Source of the DNA: a virus
Lineage: Duplodnaviria; Caudoviricetes
Direction: 5' to 3' (one strand)
Length of the DNA stretch: 64,000 bases
Virus record (IMG/VR): IMGVR_UViG_3300025647_000027
Coordinates: 5,936-69,935 of that record
The translations under genes and the position numbers were made by a program. Position 1 is the first letter of the stretch. The number at the start of each line of letters is the position of its first letter. This document shows, in pieces, positions 1-9,396 of this stretch. The notes under the pieces were generated by a model. The model had not been told where the DNA came from. It ran no database searches and saw only the letters and a list, made by a program, of their open reading frames with translations.

Positions 1-1
1 T

Positions 2-100
2 GGTATTATTGATCCAAAGAAGGTAACAAGAGTTGCATTAGAAAATGCTGCTTCAGTTGCTGGAACAATCCTTACAACAGGATGTGCTATTAAATTATAA
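2..100 (+). CDS. groEL: C-terminal end of a GroEL/Cpn60-like chaperonin (5'-partial, not in the ORF track)
   Basis: Frame starting at nt 2 reads [32 protein letters not shown], matching the conserved GroEL C-terminal equatorial motif GIxDPxKVTRxALxNAxSxAxxxLTT; there is no GGM tail. Confidence 0.9.
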   Translation, partial: GIIDPKKVTRVALENAASVAGTILTTGCAIKL

Positions 101-104
101 ACCA

Positions 105-449
105 ATGAAAAACCTAACTAAAGAAATTGAACGCAGAGAGCATGCCAACATGATGGCACCATTTCCAGTGTATGACACTGACATTATTAACGATTTAAAA
201 TTATTAAACATGATAACAAAAAAGCAGGATTACAACAACGTGCCAGTGACATATTGCAAGACTTGTCTAAGATTGCACATTAAAGAAGTTTCATTTCCAA
301 AGGATGGAGCAATTAGTACTAAGGACAAGGCAGTTGTTCCATATTGTGTAGATTGTGGAAACACAGATCTAGCAGAAGCTCATATTACTGAGTGGGAAGA
401 TATGTATGAAGATAAGTACGGAGAAAGGTTTTTAGATAAAAAAGATTAA
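105..449 (+). CDS. Zinc-finger hypothetical protein
   Basis: CKTC and CVDC pairs; start moved to ATG 105 because the track start at 45 overlaps the GroEL frame. Confidence 0.7.
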   Translation: MKNLTKEIERREHANMMAPFPVYDTDIINDLKLLNMITKKQDYNNVPVTYCKTCLRLHIKEVSFPKDGAISTKDKAVVPYCVDCGNTDLAEAHITEWEDMYEDKYGERFLDKKD

Positions 450-451
450 CC

Positions 452-721
452 ATGAAAAAACTTTTAGAACTAAACCAATGGGATAGTAACGGAGTATTAA
501 GATACGCTTACACTTCAACAGATATGGAATATCTTGAAGATAAAGCTGATAGGATTTATAAAGTAATAAATGCAATTAACAAAGTAGAAGATAGGTACAA
601 GGTATCAATGAACTATGTTGGGAATGATGATGAACCAGAAGTTACATTGCATATACAAATAGAAATGAATGAACAACATAAATGTAAAAAGAATAAAGAC
701 CTCAAAGAGAGAGATATTTAA
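452..721 (+). CDS. Hypothetical protein
   Basis: 89 aa ORF in a tightly packed operon. Confidence 0.6.
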   Translation: MKKLLELNQWDSNGVLRYAYTSTDMEYLEDKADRIYKVINAINKVEDRYKVSMNYVGNDDEPEVTLHIQIEMNEQHKCKKNKDLKERDI

Positions 722-1052
722 ATACTGGCTAGAGTTCCTTAAGCCTTATCATAAGCTAAGACAAAAGGAAATTGACGCACTTGCACTTCTATTGTATTAC
801 AAGTATGAACTATCAAGAGAGGTTAAGAACAAAGACCTGGTAAATAAGTTGCTATTTGCAACAGACACCAGGAATCAGATAAGAGGAGATTTAGATGGAA
901 TGAGTCAAAAGGTGTTTAATAACTTATTGACATCACTCAGGAAGAAGGGAGTAATAATGAAAGGAAATATAATCAATCCAGTGCTTATACCAAATATGAC
1001 AGAGGATGGATTTAAATTGATATTCAATTTTGAGATAGATGAGGGAAAGTAA
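669..1052 (+). CDS. Putative winged-helix DNA-binding protein
   Basis: Helix-turn-helix-wing-like pattern SQKVFNNLLTSLRKKGVI...IINP. Confidence 0.5.
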   Translation: MNNINVKRIKTSKREIFKYWLEFLKPYHKLRQKEIDALALLLYYKYELSREVKNKDLVNKLLFATDTRNQIRGDLDGMSQKVFNNLLTSLRKKGVIMKGNIINPVLIPNMTEDGFKLIFNFEIDEGK

Positions 1053-1299
1053 AGCAGATCTTTTAAAGCTTAAGGAGCTTGCAGATAAGTATGGGTTGAC
1101 AGTGTCAGAAGTTAGGGATATAGTTCGTAGTCAGTTTGAGTATGTTAGAGTTGTTAACAATGCTCTTACAATAGAAGACAACTTAACTAGAGAAGAGTTC
1201 TCTAAGCTTAAGACTAACTTTACATTTCCAGCACTAGGAAAGTTATACGCAAGTTACTTTCTGTACAACAAGATTCAAGAGAATAAAAAAAAGAAGTAA
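1039..1299 (+). CDS. HU/IHF-like DNA-binding protein
   Basis: LADKYGLTVSEVRDIV helices followed by FTFPALGKLY, resembling the HU/IHF 'LxGFGxF' strand. Confidence 0.55.
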   Translation: MRESKADLLKLKELADKYGLTVSEVRDIVRSQFEYVRVVNNALTIEDNLTREEFSKLKTNFTFPALGKLYASYFLYNKIQENKKKK

Positions 1300-1326
1300 A
1301 AATTAGGAATTAAAGTAATTAATTAG

Positions 1327-1335
1327 TATATTTAC
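1327..1335 (+). promoter_or_regulatory. Putative -7 promoter box TATATTTAC
   Basis: Intergenic copy of a box that recurs at 2293, 15241, 25372 and 32902; resembles the Bacteroidota TAnnTTTG consensus. Confidence 0.5.
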
Positions 1336-1356
1336 AAAATAAATTTAAAACAAATT

Positions 1357-1572
1357 ATGAAAACACTTATTACGGCAATAGACAAAGCCCAAAGAGAAGG
1401 AGTCTACACATTAGAAGAAATTTCTGTTATATTAAGGGAATTAGATCAATTAGGTAGGATTGTTGAAATGCACGAGAAGCAGCAAAAAGAAGTTCAAGAT
1501 AAGATTGCAGCTCAAGACAAGGAGGCAAATAAACCTGAGAAGAAAGTTGTAACACCAAAAGCAGGAAAATAA
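1357..1572 (+). CDS. Hypothetical protein
   Basis: 71 aa ORF with an A-rich leader; TAATG-coupled to the next gene. Confidence 0.65.
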   Translation: MKTLITAIDKAQREGVYTLEEISVILRELDQLGRIVEMHEKQQKEVQDKIAAQDKEANKPEKKVVTPKAGK

Positions 1573-2144
1573 TGGATGTAAAAAAGGATGTAGAATTACA
1601 AAAGCAAAAAGCTCATAGTCAGGAGGTTCACAAAGATTTTTTCACTACGCGTGATAAATCTAAAAGAGGAACATCTGGTCTTGTAGAAGACTCTTCTGAA
1701 ATACTATCAGCTGAAGCTCAAGTTAAAGAGATGTTATATGAAGCATCTCTTAAAGAATGTCCTTTACCAAAAGGTACTGAGCCAATGTTCAATACCATGT
1801 TTTTGACAGCGCGAAGAAATAAACTAACCAACGAATCAGGTTTGTATTTACCAACAGCATCTTTTGGTGCTGATGGTAGTACAGACTTAGAACAAGACTT
1901 TTCTACAATACAGAAAGTTATGGAAGTTGGTCCACACTGTCAACAAGTGTGTAAAGGAATGGAAATTAAAATCAATGTTGAAAACTTTAAAAGGAGAATT
2001 GAAGGAGGAATGAATAGGCAGGTTGATGCTAAGTTTGCATACGAAATGCCAGTAGTAGTTATTAATGATGTTGAGTATATAAGGATCTCAGAAAGAGATG
2101 TAGATTATATCGTAGACACAAAAGGATTAAAAAATGAAAAATAA
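1572..2144 (+). CDS. GroES/Cpn10-like co-chaperonin with N-terminal extension
   Basis: PMFNTMFL...TNESGLYLP...KVMEVGP...VCKGMEI...INDVEYIRISERDV follows the Cpn10 motif order PLxDRV / TxGGIxLP / VxAVG / VKxGDxV / EYLIxxExDI. Confidence 0.7.
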   Translation: MDVKKDVELQKQKAHSQEVHKDFFTTRDKSKRGTSGLVEDSSEILSAEAQVKEMLYEASLKECPLPKGTEPMFNTMFLTARRNKLTNESGLYLPTASFGADGSTDLEQDFSTIQKVMEVGPHCQQVCKGMEIKINVENFKRRIEGGMNRQVDAKFAYEMPVVVINDVEYIRISERDVDYIVDTKGLKNEK

Positions 2145-2238
2145 TTTAGGGCCAATTCGTCCACAAGGCTTGGATGAAGAAACAGAAAAAGAGATAGAAG
2201 TTATTGATCCGGAAACTGTTAAAGGCGACGAAGATTAA
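2134..2238 (+). CDS. Small acidic protein (34 aa, not in the ORF track)
   Basis: MKNNLGPIRPQGLDEETEKEIEVIDPETVKGDED*; overlaps the stop of the GroES-like gene and precedes a terminator. Confidence 0.45.
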   Translation: MKNNLGPIRPQGLDEETEKEIEVIDPETVKGDED

Positions 2239-2261
2239 TAAACATCACAAAAGATGATGAT

Positions 2262-2290
2262 AGGCCTACTTGACAGTGGGCCTTTTTTTT
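2262..2290 (+). terminator. Rho-independent terminator
   Basis: AGGCCTACT-TGAC-AGTGGGCCT stem followed by a T-run. Confidence 0.8.
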
Positions 2291-2301
2291 CATATATTTA
2301 C
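2270..2301 (+). promoter_or_regulatory. Promoter TTGAC-N18-TATATTTAC upstream of the tRNA cluster
   Basis: Same boxes and 18 nt spacing at 25349 and 32879. Confidence 0.65.
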
Positions 2302-2309
2302 AGTTATAT

Positions 2310-2380
2310 CGCGTGAAGGTGTAAAGGTTGCATGGGTGGTTCATATCCACTACGGGAGGGTTCGAATCCCTGACACGCTA
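2310..2380 (+). tRNA. tRNA with CAT anticodon (Met/fMet or Ile2), imperfect stems
   Basis: Acceptor stem GCGTG/CACGC, anticodon arm GGTGG-TTCATAT-CCACT, T arm AGGG-TTCGAAT-CCCT; C1:T72 mismatch and no encoded CCA. Confidence 0.75.
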
Positions 2381-2388
2381 CTAAGAAG

Positions 2389-2505
2389 ATCAACGCAGAA
2401 GGCACACAAGCAGTTGTAAAATAACAAAATGTGGCCGCCTGCGTAACAATCAACAGTGACCCGCAGCCCCACTAAGTTGTAAAAACAACAGGGCTGCTCA
2501 CTGTT
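2389..2505 (+). ncRNA. Candidate structured RNA: two tandem long hairpins with a shared apical motif
   Basis: Stems ACGCAG/CTGCGT and AACAGTGA/TCACTGTT plus GCAGCCC/GGGCTGC; both hairpins are capped by AGTTGTAAAA..AACA. Confidence 0.55.
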
Positions 2506-2509
2506 AAAT

Positions 2510-2582
2510 GCCCTTATAGCTCAGCTGATAGAGCGTCTTGTTTGTACCAAGGATGTCGTAGGTTTGAATCCTGCTAAGGGCT
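2510..2582 (+). tRNA. trnT: tRNA-Thr(TGT)
   Basis: Full cloverleaf: GCCCTTA/TAAGGGC, D arm GCTC/GAGC, anticodon arm TCTTG-TTTGTAC-CAAGG, T arm GTAGG-TTTGAAT-CCTGC; no encoded CCA. Confidence 0.92.
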
Positions 2583-2598
2583 CAATAAAGAGAGGAAA

Positions 2599-3153
2599 AT
2601 GAATGTATTTGAAATTGTAAACAATCAGGTTACATTTTCGCCACAAGCGTTAATGATTAAACCTTTTAGAGAAATATGGGATTGTGATAAATCCAAAGAT
2701 AAGTTTCAGGCATCTCAAGAGTTGTCTTATGTGTATTATATGGCAGATGAAAGATCTGACTACATGTATATACTTGATGAAGAAGAAAGGCATGATCAAG
2801 TCTGCTTAGATATAGATCTAGGAGACAATTGGATAAAGCCTAAGTATATAGATGAAGCAATAGTCTATTACAAGAGACTATCTGAGACAACTAGTACTAA
2901 ATTATTAGAGAGTACTCGTGGTGTAATTGAAAAAATATCATCTTTCTTAGATACTATTGATATCAATGAGAGAGATTTAAGAACAAATAAACCTATTCAT
3001 GACATTAACAAGATAACAGCTTCTGTTGAAAAAATACCAAAGCTAATTAAAGCTCTTAATGAAATTGAAAAGGAGATTATAAAGGAAAAAGAATTAAAAG
3101 CCCAATCTGGTAACAAGATTGTAGGAATATTTGATACCAATGAGGGAATTTAA
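2599..3153 (+). CDS. Conserved crAss-like protein, possibly terminase small subunit
   Basis: Helical 184 aa protein directly upstream of, and overlapping, TerL. Confidence 0.55.
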   Translation: MNVFEIVNNQVTFSPQALMIKPFREIWDCDKSKDKFQASQELSYVYYMADERSDYMYILDEEERHDQVCLDIDLGDNWIKPKYIDEAIVYYKRLSETTSTKLLESTRGVIEKISSFLDTIDINERDLRTNKPIHDINKITASVEKIPKLIKALNEIEKEIIKEKELKAQSGNKIVGIFDTNEGI

Positions 3154-5479
3154 TGAAACACAGACAGAGTTAACTAAAGAGTTGCTTATTGGATTAAAGA
3201 GGGAAGAAAGAGAAGACCTCTTAGCTGATATAGACTCAATTCAGTTTATTCAAAACTTAGCCAGCCCTACAAGGCCTAGGCTTAAGGATCTAGAAAGATG
3301 GGAGAATCCTCTCTTACCATTAAAGTCTGATGATCCGAATATGTCTGTAAGAAAATTAGATCCTAACGGAAGGATAGCTGTTGATCTTACTAATCCGCAT
3401 GTCTTAGAAGACATGGAGTATTTTAGACATGCTGCTATTCATTTTGAGAAACACGGATGTTACACAAAGTTGTTTCCAAATCAGAATCCAAACTCTGAGT
3501 ATTATAAGTTCTGGGCTGAAGAAGCTAGACGTTGCAGAGAAGGGTATATAAGAGAAAGTGATGGTGAATGGATACCTGGTAATTATTATTTTCAGTTAAA
3601 CTACGCGCCATTATTAAGAGCAGAAGTTATTGACGGAACAAAGCAATCAGATAGGGTTGAAGCGTTCCCTTTTGTATATGATGCAGATTACTGGTTCTAT
3701 CATTACGTAGAAATAGCAAGAGCACATGGTATGCATGGGGCTAATCTAAAAAGAAGGGGTTGTGGATATTCTGTAAAGGCAAGCACCATGTTAGCTAAGA
3801 ATTTTATCTTAGGTGACAGAACTAAATCAAGAAGTAAAGTTAAGTCTTTTGCAATAGCAAATGAAAAAGAATACTTAACTAAGGATGGGATACTAAATAA
3901 GTTTGTCTCAACAATAGATTTCTGCGCCTCACACACTCCATTTCCTCGTATACGCTCATTAAAAGATTCCTTAAATGACATGCACTGGAGAATGGGGCGC
4001 AAAGACACAAGAACTGGTACTGAGGTAGGGGTTCTAAATGAAGTTCTCGGTGTTACATTAAAGAATGATGCACAAAAGGCCAGGGGTAAAAGGGGTGCGT
4101 TAGTACTCTGGGAAGAAGCAGGTAAATTTGATGACTTCCTTACTGCTTGGGGTATTGCTAGACCTTCAGTTGAAGAATCCGGATATGCGTTTGGATTCAT
4201 GATGGCAGGTGGTACCGGTGGTGTTGAAGGTGGAGCCTTTGAGGGATTAGAAGAAATATTCTATAACTCAGCAGGACATAACATCTATTCAATGCCTAAC
4301 GTGTTTGATAGAAATGCTTTTGGAAAAGGTGAATGCGCATTTTTCTTTGGAACATATTTAAACTATACGGGTAAGTATGATAAGAATGGAAATAGCGATG
4401 TAATAGGCGCCTTAATTGAAATCAATAAAGCAAGAGCAATTGTTAAGTATGGATCTAGTGATCCTAATGCAATTATACAAAAGAAAGCTGAGGAACCTAT
4501 AACACCACAGGAAGCAATTATGCGTACACAGGGTACAGCATTTCCTGTTGCAGACTTAAGAGATTACTTAGAAGATATATTACCAAGATTACAAAGCTTC
4601 GTTGATGAACATTGGGTTGGTAATTTAACATATGATGAAAAGGGATTTGTAAAATGGGAAGTTGATTCTGATATAATCCCAATTAGAGAATATCCTTATA
4701 AAGTAAAAGGAGCTACATCTGATGGAGCAGTTGAGATATTTGAGATGCCACAAAAAGATAGAGATGGCAGAGTATTTCAAAACAGATACATAGCAGGAAT
4801 TGACCCTATTGATAATGATTACACAATTGGTGGATCCTTGGCAAGTATATTTGTATTTGATTTGTGGACAGATAAGATTGTAGCAGAATATACTGGAAGA
4901 CCAGTATTAGCAGATAGTTTTTACGAGCAGTGTTTAAGACTTACACAGTTCTACAATGCTCAAGCTAATTATGAAAATAACCTTAAGGGTTTATTTACTT
5001 ACTTTTCAAATAAGAATGCATTGCATTTATTGGCTGATAGTCCGGAGATACTTAGGGATATGGAAATTGTTAAATCAACATTATATGGTAATAGATCTAA
5101 AGGCACTAGAACAACTGCTGAAGTCATCAAGCTTGGTAAAACATTACAAAGACAGTGGATGTTATCCCAGTACGAACTTGAGGTTTTTAATGAAGAAACT
5201 GGTGATAGTGACCTTATTACTGTACCTAACCTCAGAAGAATAAGAAGTATTGGCTATATAAAAGAAGCTATTGCTTGGAATCCTGATATAAATACTGATA
5301 GAGTTTCAGCAATGGATATGGTGATGATTCTTAGAGAGGATAGAAAAAGGTACATAGATAAATTTGAAGAGAATAAGATAGAAGATCCTATTAGTCACTT
5401 CCATGATGATCCATTTTTAGATGAAAATTGGAACAAAGCAATGAGAAAAGCAGGATGGGAAAAGAGTGGTACGATATAG
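3140..5479 (+). CDS. terL: Terminase large subunit
   Basis: Walker A-like KRRGCGYS, Walker B VLWEEAG, coupling motif GGTGG, nuclease IAGIDPID and late DRVSA; ATG 3140 preferred over the track's TTG 3131. Confidence 0.93.
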   Translation: MREFNETQTELTKELLIGLKREEREDLLADIDSIQFIQNLASPTRPRLKDLERWENPLLPLKSDDPNMSVRKLDPNGRIAVDLTNPHVLEDMEYFRHAAIHFEKHGCYTKLFPNQNPNSEYYKFWAEEARRCREGYIRESDGEWIPGNYYFQLNYAPLLRAEVIDGTKQSDRVEAFPFVYDADYWFYHYVEIARAHGMHGANLKRRGCGYSVKASTMLAKNFILGDRTKSRSKVKSFAIANEKEYLTKDGILNKFVSTIDFCASHTPFPRIRSLKDSLNDMHWRMGRKDTRTGTEVGVLNEVLGVTLKNDAQKARGKRGALVLWEEAGKFDDFLTAWGIARPSVEESGYAFGFMMAGGTGGVEGGAFEGLEEIFYNSAGHNIYSMPNVFDRNAFGKGECAFFFGTYLNYTGKYDKNGNSDVIGALIEINKARAIVKYGSSDPNAIIQKKAEEPITPQEAIMRTQGTAFPVADLRDYLEDILPRLQSFVDEHWVGNLTYDEKGFVKWEVDSDIIPIREYPYKVKGATSDGAVEIFEMPQKDRDGRVFQNRYIAGIDPIDNDYTIGGSLASIFVFDLWTDKIVAEYTGRPVLADSFYEQCLRLTQFYNAQANYENNLKGLFTYFSNKNALHLLADSPEILRDMEIVKSTLYGNRSKGTRTTAEVIKLGKTLQRQWMLSQYELEVFNEETGDSDLITVPNLRRIRSIGYIKEAIAWNPDINTDRVSAMDMVMILREDRKRYIDKFEENKIEDPISHFHDDPFLDENWNKAMRKAGWEKSGTI

Positions 5480-5486
5480 CTATAAT
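5477..5486 (+). promoter_or_regulatory. TAGCTATAAT motif, candidate late promoter
   Basis: Identical 10-mer upstream of portal, holin (15202) and scaffold (17004). Confidence 0.45.
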
Positions 5487-5537
5487 AATACAACAACAAT
5501 AAGAGTAAAATGAGTTATTTTTACAAAAACATGAAAT

Positions 5538-7955
5538 ATGTCAACAGATAAAAGTTTTCCAAGACAAAAGTTGTCCTTTAAGCAAAAAGGACCTAAATGG
5601 AGACAATCCCACTTGGACTGGGCCGATCATAACAGTTACTTAAATAATACTGTTATACGTAGAAAATTTAAAGGAAAGAAAATAAACCTTGACCTTTACA
5701 ATGGTAAGGTGGACTTACGTGATATGAAATTAGTTCTTAATCCAGGTGGATTAGAACAACACTTTATTCCTGATGCTATTCAGCATTATCCAATTATAGC
5801 ACCACGAGTTAACGTACTTGTTGGTGAGGAGAAAAGACGTAAGTTTGATTGGACTGTACAAATAACTAATCCAGATACTGTATCTAAAATTAAGAAAGAT
5901 AAGATGGCCTTGATCCAAGCAAAGATTAAGGAATTCATTGGGTCTGACTTATCAGATGAAGAACTAGACAAAGAACTTCAAGCATACGGTGACTACATAA
6001 ACTTTGATTACCAGGATTTAAGAGAGAAGCGTGCTAACTTACTTATGCGCAGCTACATTGAGAAGCTAAACATGAAGATTAAGTTTCAGCAAGGCTTTAA
6101 GGATGCTCTTATTATGGGTGAAGAAATTTACATGTTCGACATTGTAAATGGTAAAGTTACATTTGAAAAATTAAACCCACTTAAAGTACATACATTAAGA
6201 TCAGGCTACTCTAATAGAATAGAAGATGCAGATGTTATTGTAATTGATGACTTCTGGAGCCCTGGTAAAATACAGGATACATTCTATGAGGATCTTAAAG
6301 ACGCTGATGTTAAGAAATTAGACAACGGAGAATTTAAAGGAGACGGAACAGATTTAGATGGAGAGAATTTAGCAATTGATGATAAAGAAGGATGGGAAAT
6401 ATACGAGAGAGAAACAATAAATTCATTTATAGAGTCATCTGGGATATTCGCAGGAAGTGGATCTCAAGGAAGAAACACGTACACAGACGGAGCAGGAAAC
6501 ATAAGAGTTCTTAGAATGTTCTGGAAGTCAATGAAGCAAATACAAAAGATAACTTACTTTGACACATTAGGTAAAAACCAAATTAAATTTAGATCTGAAG
6601 ATTATATCTTAGATGAAGCTAAAGGTGAGACATCAGAAAGGTTCTGGGTAACTCAATGGTGGAAAGGTGCTAAGATTGGTAAAGATACTTATGTTCAGAT
6701 CAAACCAAGAGAAATACAATACAATAAAATAAATGAGCCTTCATTCAATTCATGTGGAATAGTTGGCCAGATATATAATACAAATGAGCAAGAAGCCGTA
6801 TCTATGGTTGATAGAGCTAAGCCATTCCAATACCTGTTTGACATATCATGGTATAGAGTGAATGAAGCGCTATCTAAATACTTAGGTGCTATTGTTGAAT
6901 TAGATTTAGCTAAAATACCAACCGGGTGGAATGTAACAAAATGGTTATATTTTGCACGTAAGTCTGGGATATCTGTTGTTGACAGTTTTAAAGAAGGACA
7001 GAAAGGTATGGCAAAAGGAAAACTTGCCGGGTCAGTAGGAAATACAACTGGTAAGGTTTTAGAACAAAGAGTTGGAGATTTCATTCAAGTCCATATGGAA
7101 ATGATGGAATTTGCCTCAGCTAAGATGGACGAGATAACGGGCGTATCTAGGCAAAGATTAGGTCAGACTGAAAACAGAGAGACTATGGGTGGGATAGAAA
7201 GGGCCGTATCTCAGTCCAATCACATTACTGAGGAATTATTTACTCTTCATGATTACTGTAAGAAAAGATGTTTTGAAATATTAATTGAGACAGCTAAGAT
7301 TGCACTGAAGGGGCAAGAATTAAAATTCTCTTACATTGCTGATGACATGACTAGACAGATCATGGAAATTGACGGTGATCAGTTTGCTGAAGAAGAATAT
7401 GGTCTTGCTGTATCTAATGAAGATGGAATAAATCAAATCCAACAAAAATTAGATGGAATGATTCAATTAGGTTTACAAAACCAAATGATTACATTCTCTG
7501 CTGCTATGAAAATGTATAACTCACCATCTCTACGTGAAGTACAACGAATGATTGAGAAGGATGAGCAAGCAATGAAAGAGCAACAAGCTAAGCAAGGAGA
7601 AATGGAACAAAAACAACTTCAAGCTCAAATGGAGCAACAAGCTGCTAAAGAACTTAGAGATGAAGAAAGATCTGCTTATGAGTTTGATAGAGAAGATGAA
7701 ACTAAGAGATATATAGCTGAGCTTAAAGAAGAGACTGAAAGAATCAAGATGGCTAATGAAGAGAATGGTGTAGAGATGCCAGATGATAACGATGACTTAG
7801 ATTACGAAAAATTTAGAGCTGAGTTAGGCATCAAAGAGAAAACCCTTTCTCAAGATATGAAGAAGCATAATGATGTAATGTCTATAAAACAAAAAGAAGT
7901 AGCAATTAAGAACAAGGTAGCTAATAAACCAGTTCCTTCAAGCGCGAAGAAATAA
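5538..7955 (+). CDS. Portal protein
   Basis: 805 aa gene following TerL; FPRQKL, HYPIIAPRVNVLVGEE, GVSRQRLG and a C-terminal coiled-coil barrel, as in crAss-like portals. Confidence 0.9.
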   Translation: MSTDKSFPRQKLSFKQKGPKWRQSHLDWADHNSYLNNTVIRRKFKGKKINLDLYNGKVDLRDMKLVLNPGGLEQHFIPDAIQHYPIIAPRVNVLVGEEKRRKFDWTVQITNPDTVSKIKKDKMALIQAKIKEFIGSDLSDEELDKELQAYGDYINFDYQDLREKRANLLMRSYIEKLNMKIKFQQGFKDALIMGEEIYMFDIVNGKVTFEKLNPLKVHTLRSGYSNRIEDADVIVIDDFWSPGKIQDTFYEDLKDADVKKLDNGEFKGDGTDLDGENLAIDDKEGWEIYERETINSFIESSGIFAGSGSQGRNTYTDGAGNIRVLRMFWKSMKQIQKITYFDTLGKNQIKFRSEDYILDEAKGETSERFWVTQWWKGAKIGKDTYVQIKPREIQYNKINEPSFNSCGIVGQIYNTNEQEAVSMVDRAKPFQYLFDISWYRVNEALSKYLGAIVELDLAKIPTGWNVTKWLYFARKSGISVVDSFKEGQKGMAKGKLAGSVGNTTGKVLEQRVGDFIQVHMEMMEFASAKMDEITGVSRQRLGQTENRETMGGIERAVSQSNHITEELFTLHDYCKKRCFEILIETAKIALKGQELKFSYIADDMTRQIMEIDGDQFAEEEYGLAVSNEDGINQIQQKLDGMIQLGLQNQMITFSAAMKMYNSPSLREVQRMIEKDEQAMKEQQAKQGEMEQKQLQAQMEQQAAKELRDEERSAYEFDREDETKRYIAELKEETERIKMANEENGVEMPDDNDDLDYEKFRAELGIKEKTLSQDMKKHNDVMSIKQKEVAIKNKVANKPVPSSAKK

Positions 7956-8692
7956 TGGGTACAATAACACTAAGTATAGCAGCTGAGTCCAATCAACCAC
8001 CTAATAAACCAGGTTTTGTTGATATTACTCTTGCATATAATCAATTGTATACATTTACAGTTGATGATTTTACAACACTTGCAAGTCCACCATATTCAGA
8101 TCCTGAAGGTGATGCGTTTCAGAGTTTAAAAATATTAACGTTACCAGCGCAAGGTGTTTTAACACTAAACGCTATTGCGGTTGCTCCAAATGATATTGTA
8201 ACTTCAACTCAGCTTGGACTTGGATTACTAAAATATCAAGCTGATGTTTTAGATACTGATGGATATCTTTCTCATTTTGGATACACAACATCAGATGTTG
8301 GGTCTAGCACATTTAGTGTTCTTTCAGGTAAAGCTGTAATTGGTGTAGCTGCTCAAATTGCTAATCTACCTCCAACAGTTGTTGGTACTGGTTCCGCAAA
8401 AATTGCTTATGGTGAGACATTAGTATTTACAAGAGCTATGTTTACTTCAGCTACAACTCCTGCTTTTTCTGATCCGGAAGGTGATCCAGCACTATACTTA
8501 AAGATAACTAGCTTACCTACTCTTGGAGAAATTTTTATAAATGGAATTGAGGTAACAATTAATGATGTAATTGATTTTAATGATATAGATGCAGGTTTGT
8601 TAACATATGTTCCAGACTTAGCAGATATTGATGGAGATTTACAAGGATTTACATTTCAAATAGCAGATGTTTCTGGAATATTTGTAGGATAA
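7955..8692 (+). CDS. Virion protein with two Ig/cadherin-like repeats
   Basis: Two repeats of FT..(Y/F)SDPEGD...KI..LP..G; paralogous to 23111 and 24559. Confidence 0.7.
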   Translation: MGTITLSIAAESNQPPNKPGFVDITLAYNQLYTFTVDDFTTLASPPYSDPEGDAFQSLKILTLPAQGVLTLNAIAVAPNDIVTSTQLGLGLLKYQADVLDTDGYLSHFGYTTSDVGSSTFSVLSGKAVIGVAAQIANLPPTVVGTGSAKIAYGETLVFTRAMFTSATTPAFSDPEGDPALYLKITSLPTLGEIFINGIEVTINDVIDFNDIDAGLLTYVPDLADIDGDLQGFTFQIADVSGIFVG

Positions 8693-8703
8693 AAAAAAAC
8701 AAA

Positions 8704-9396
8704 ATGGCAGATTTTAATATTACAATTGGCAGAGATAGTACGTATCAAGTCACTAAGACTAGTGAGACAAGCACTGAGTGCGCTACAATATACACTTATA
8801 CAGTAGAGGCTCTAGCGGCTGAATCAATAACAATTACATTAACTGGTAATTATGATAATGCTACATACACATCTAATGGAGTTACTAATCCTTTAGTTTC
8901 GCCACAAGTTGTTGCTTTTAGTGCTTCATTAACATTTTCTTTCTCAATAGAGAATTCTGGTAAGCCAGGTGTATTTTATAGTACTGACGTTAATGTAGTT
9001 AATACTACTACGGTAGAACCTATTGACGCATTTAATTTTACAGTAGAAAGAGCTAATGACGGAGCTAAGTGCGCGTCAGAAACATTGACTTATGATGAGT
9101 TAACAGATACTCCAGATAATAAAGTAGGGCAATCACTAAAACTAGTGAGAGTTTCTTTAGATGAAACTAAACATGAGTATGTAGATCCTGGTACATTAGG
9201 AAATGATCTAAATTATACCCATGTCCAAGCATCTAGTACTTCTTGGGCTATACCACATAATCTAGGAAAAATTCCTTCAGTCACAGTAATAGATGGATAT
9301 GGAAACAGAGTTCACGGAGATGTGGATTACGTTGACCTAAACAATCTAACAATAAAGTTTAACACAGCATTTGCTGGAACAGCCTATTTAAATTAA
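8704..9396 (+). CDS. Tail fibre-associated protein
   Basis: C-terminal WxIxHNLGK...FNxAFxGxAY domain shared with 10323. Confidence 0.6.
   Translation: MADFNITIGRDSTYQVTKTSETSTECATIYTYTVEALAAESITITLTGNYDNATYTSNGVTNPLVSPQVVAFSASLTFSFSIENSGKPGVFYSTDVNVVNTTTVEPIDAFNFTVERANDGAKCASETLTYDELTDTPDNKVGQSLKLVRVSLDETKHEYVDPGTLGNDLNYTHVQASSTSWAIPHNLGKIPSVTVIDGYGNRVHGDVDYVDLNNLTIKFNTAFAGTAYLN

Noticed and set aside
45-104. Track start of ORF 45-449
   Set aside because: Overlaps the GroEL frame; ATG 105 is the plausible start
2389-2505. Mini CRISPR array
   Set aside because: Only two units with short shared motifs and no repeat-spacer pattern; better explained as RNA hairpins
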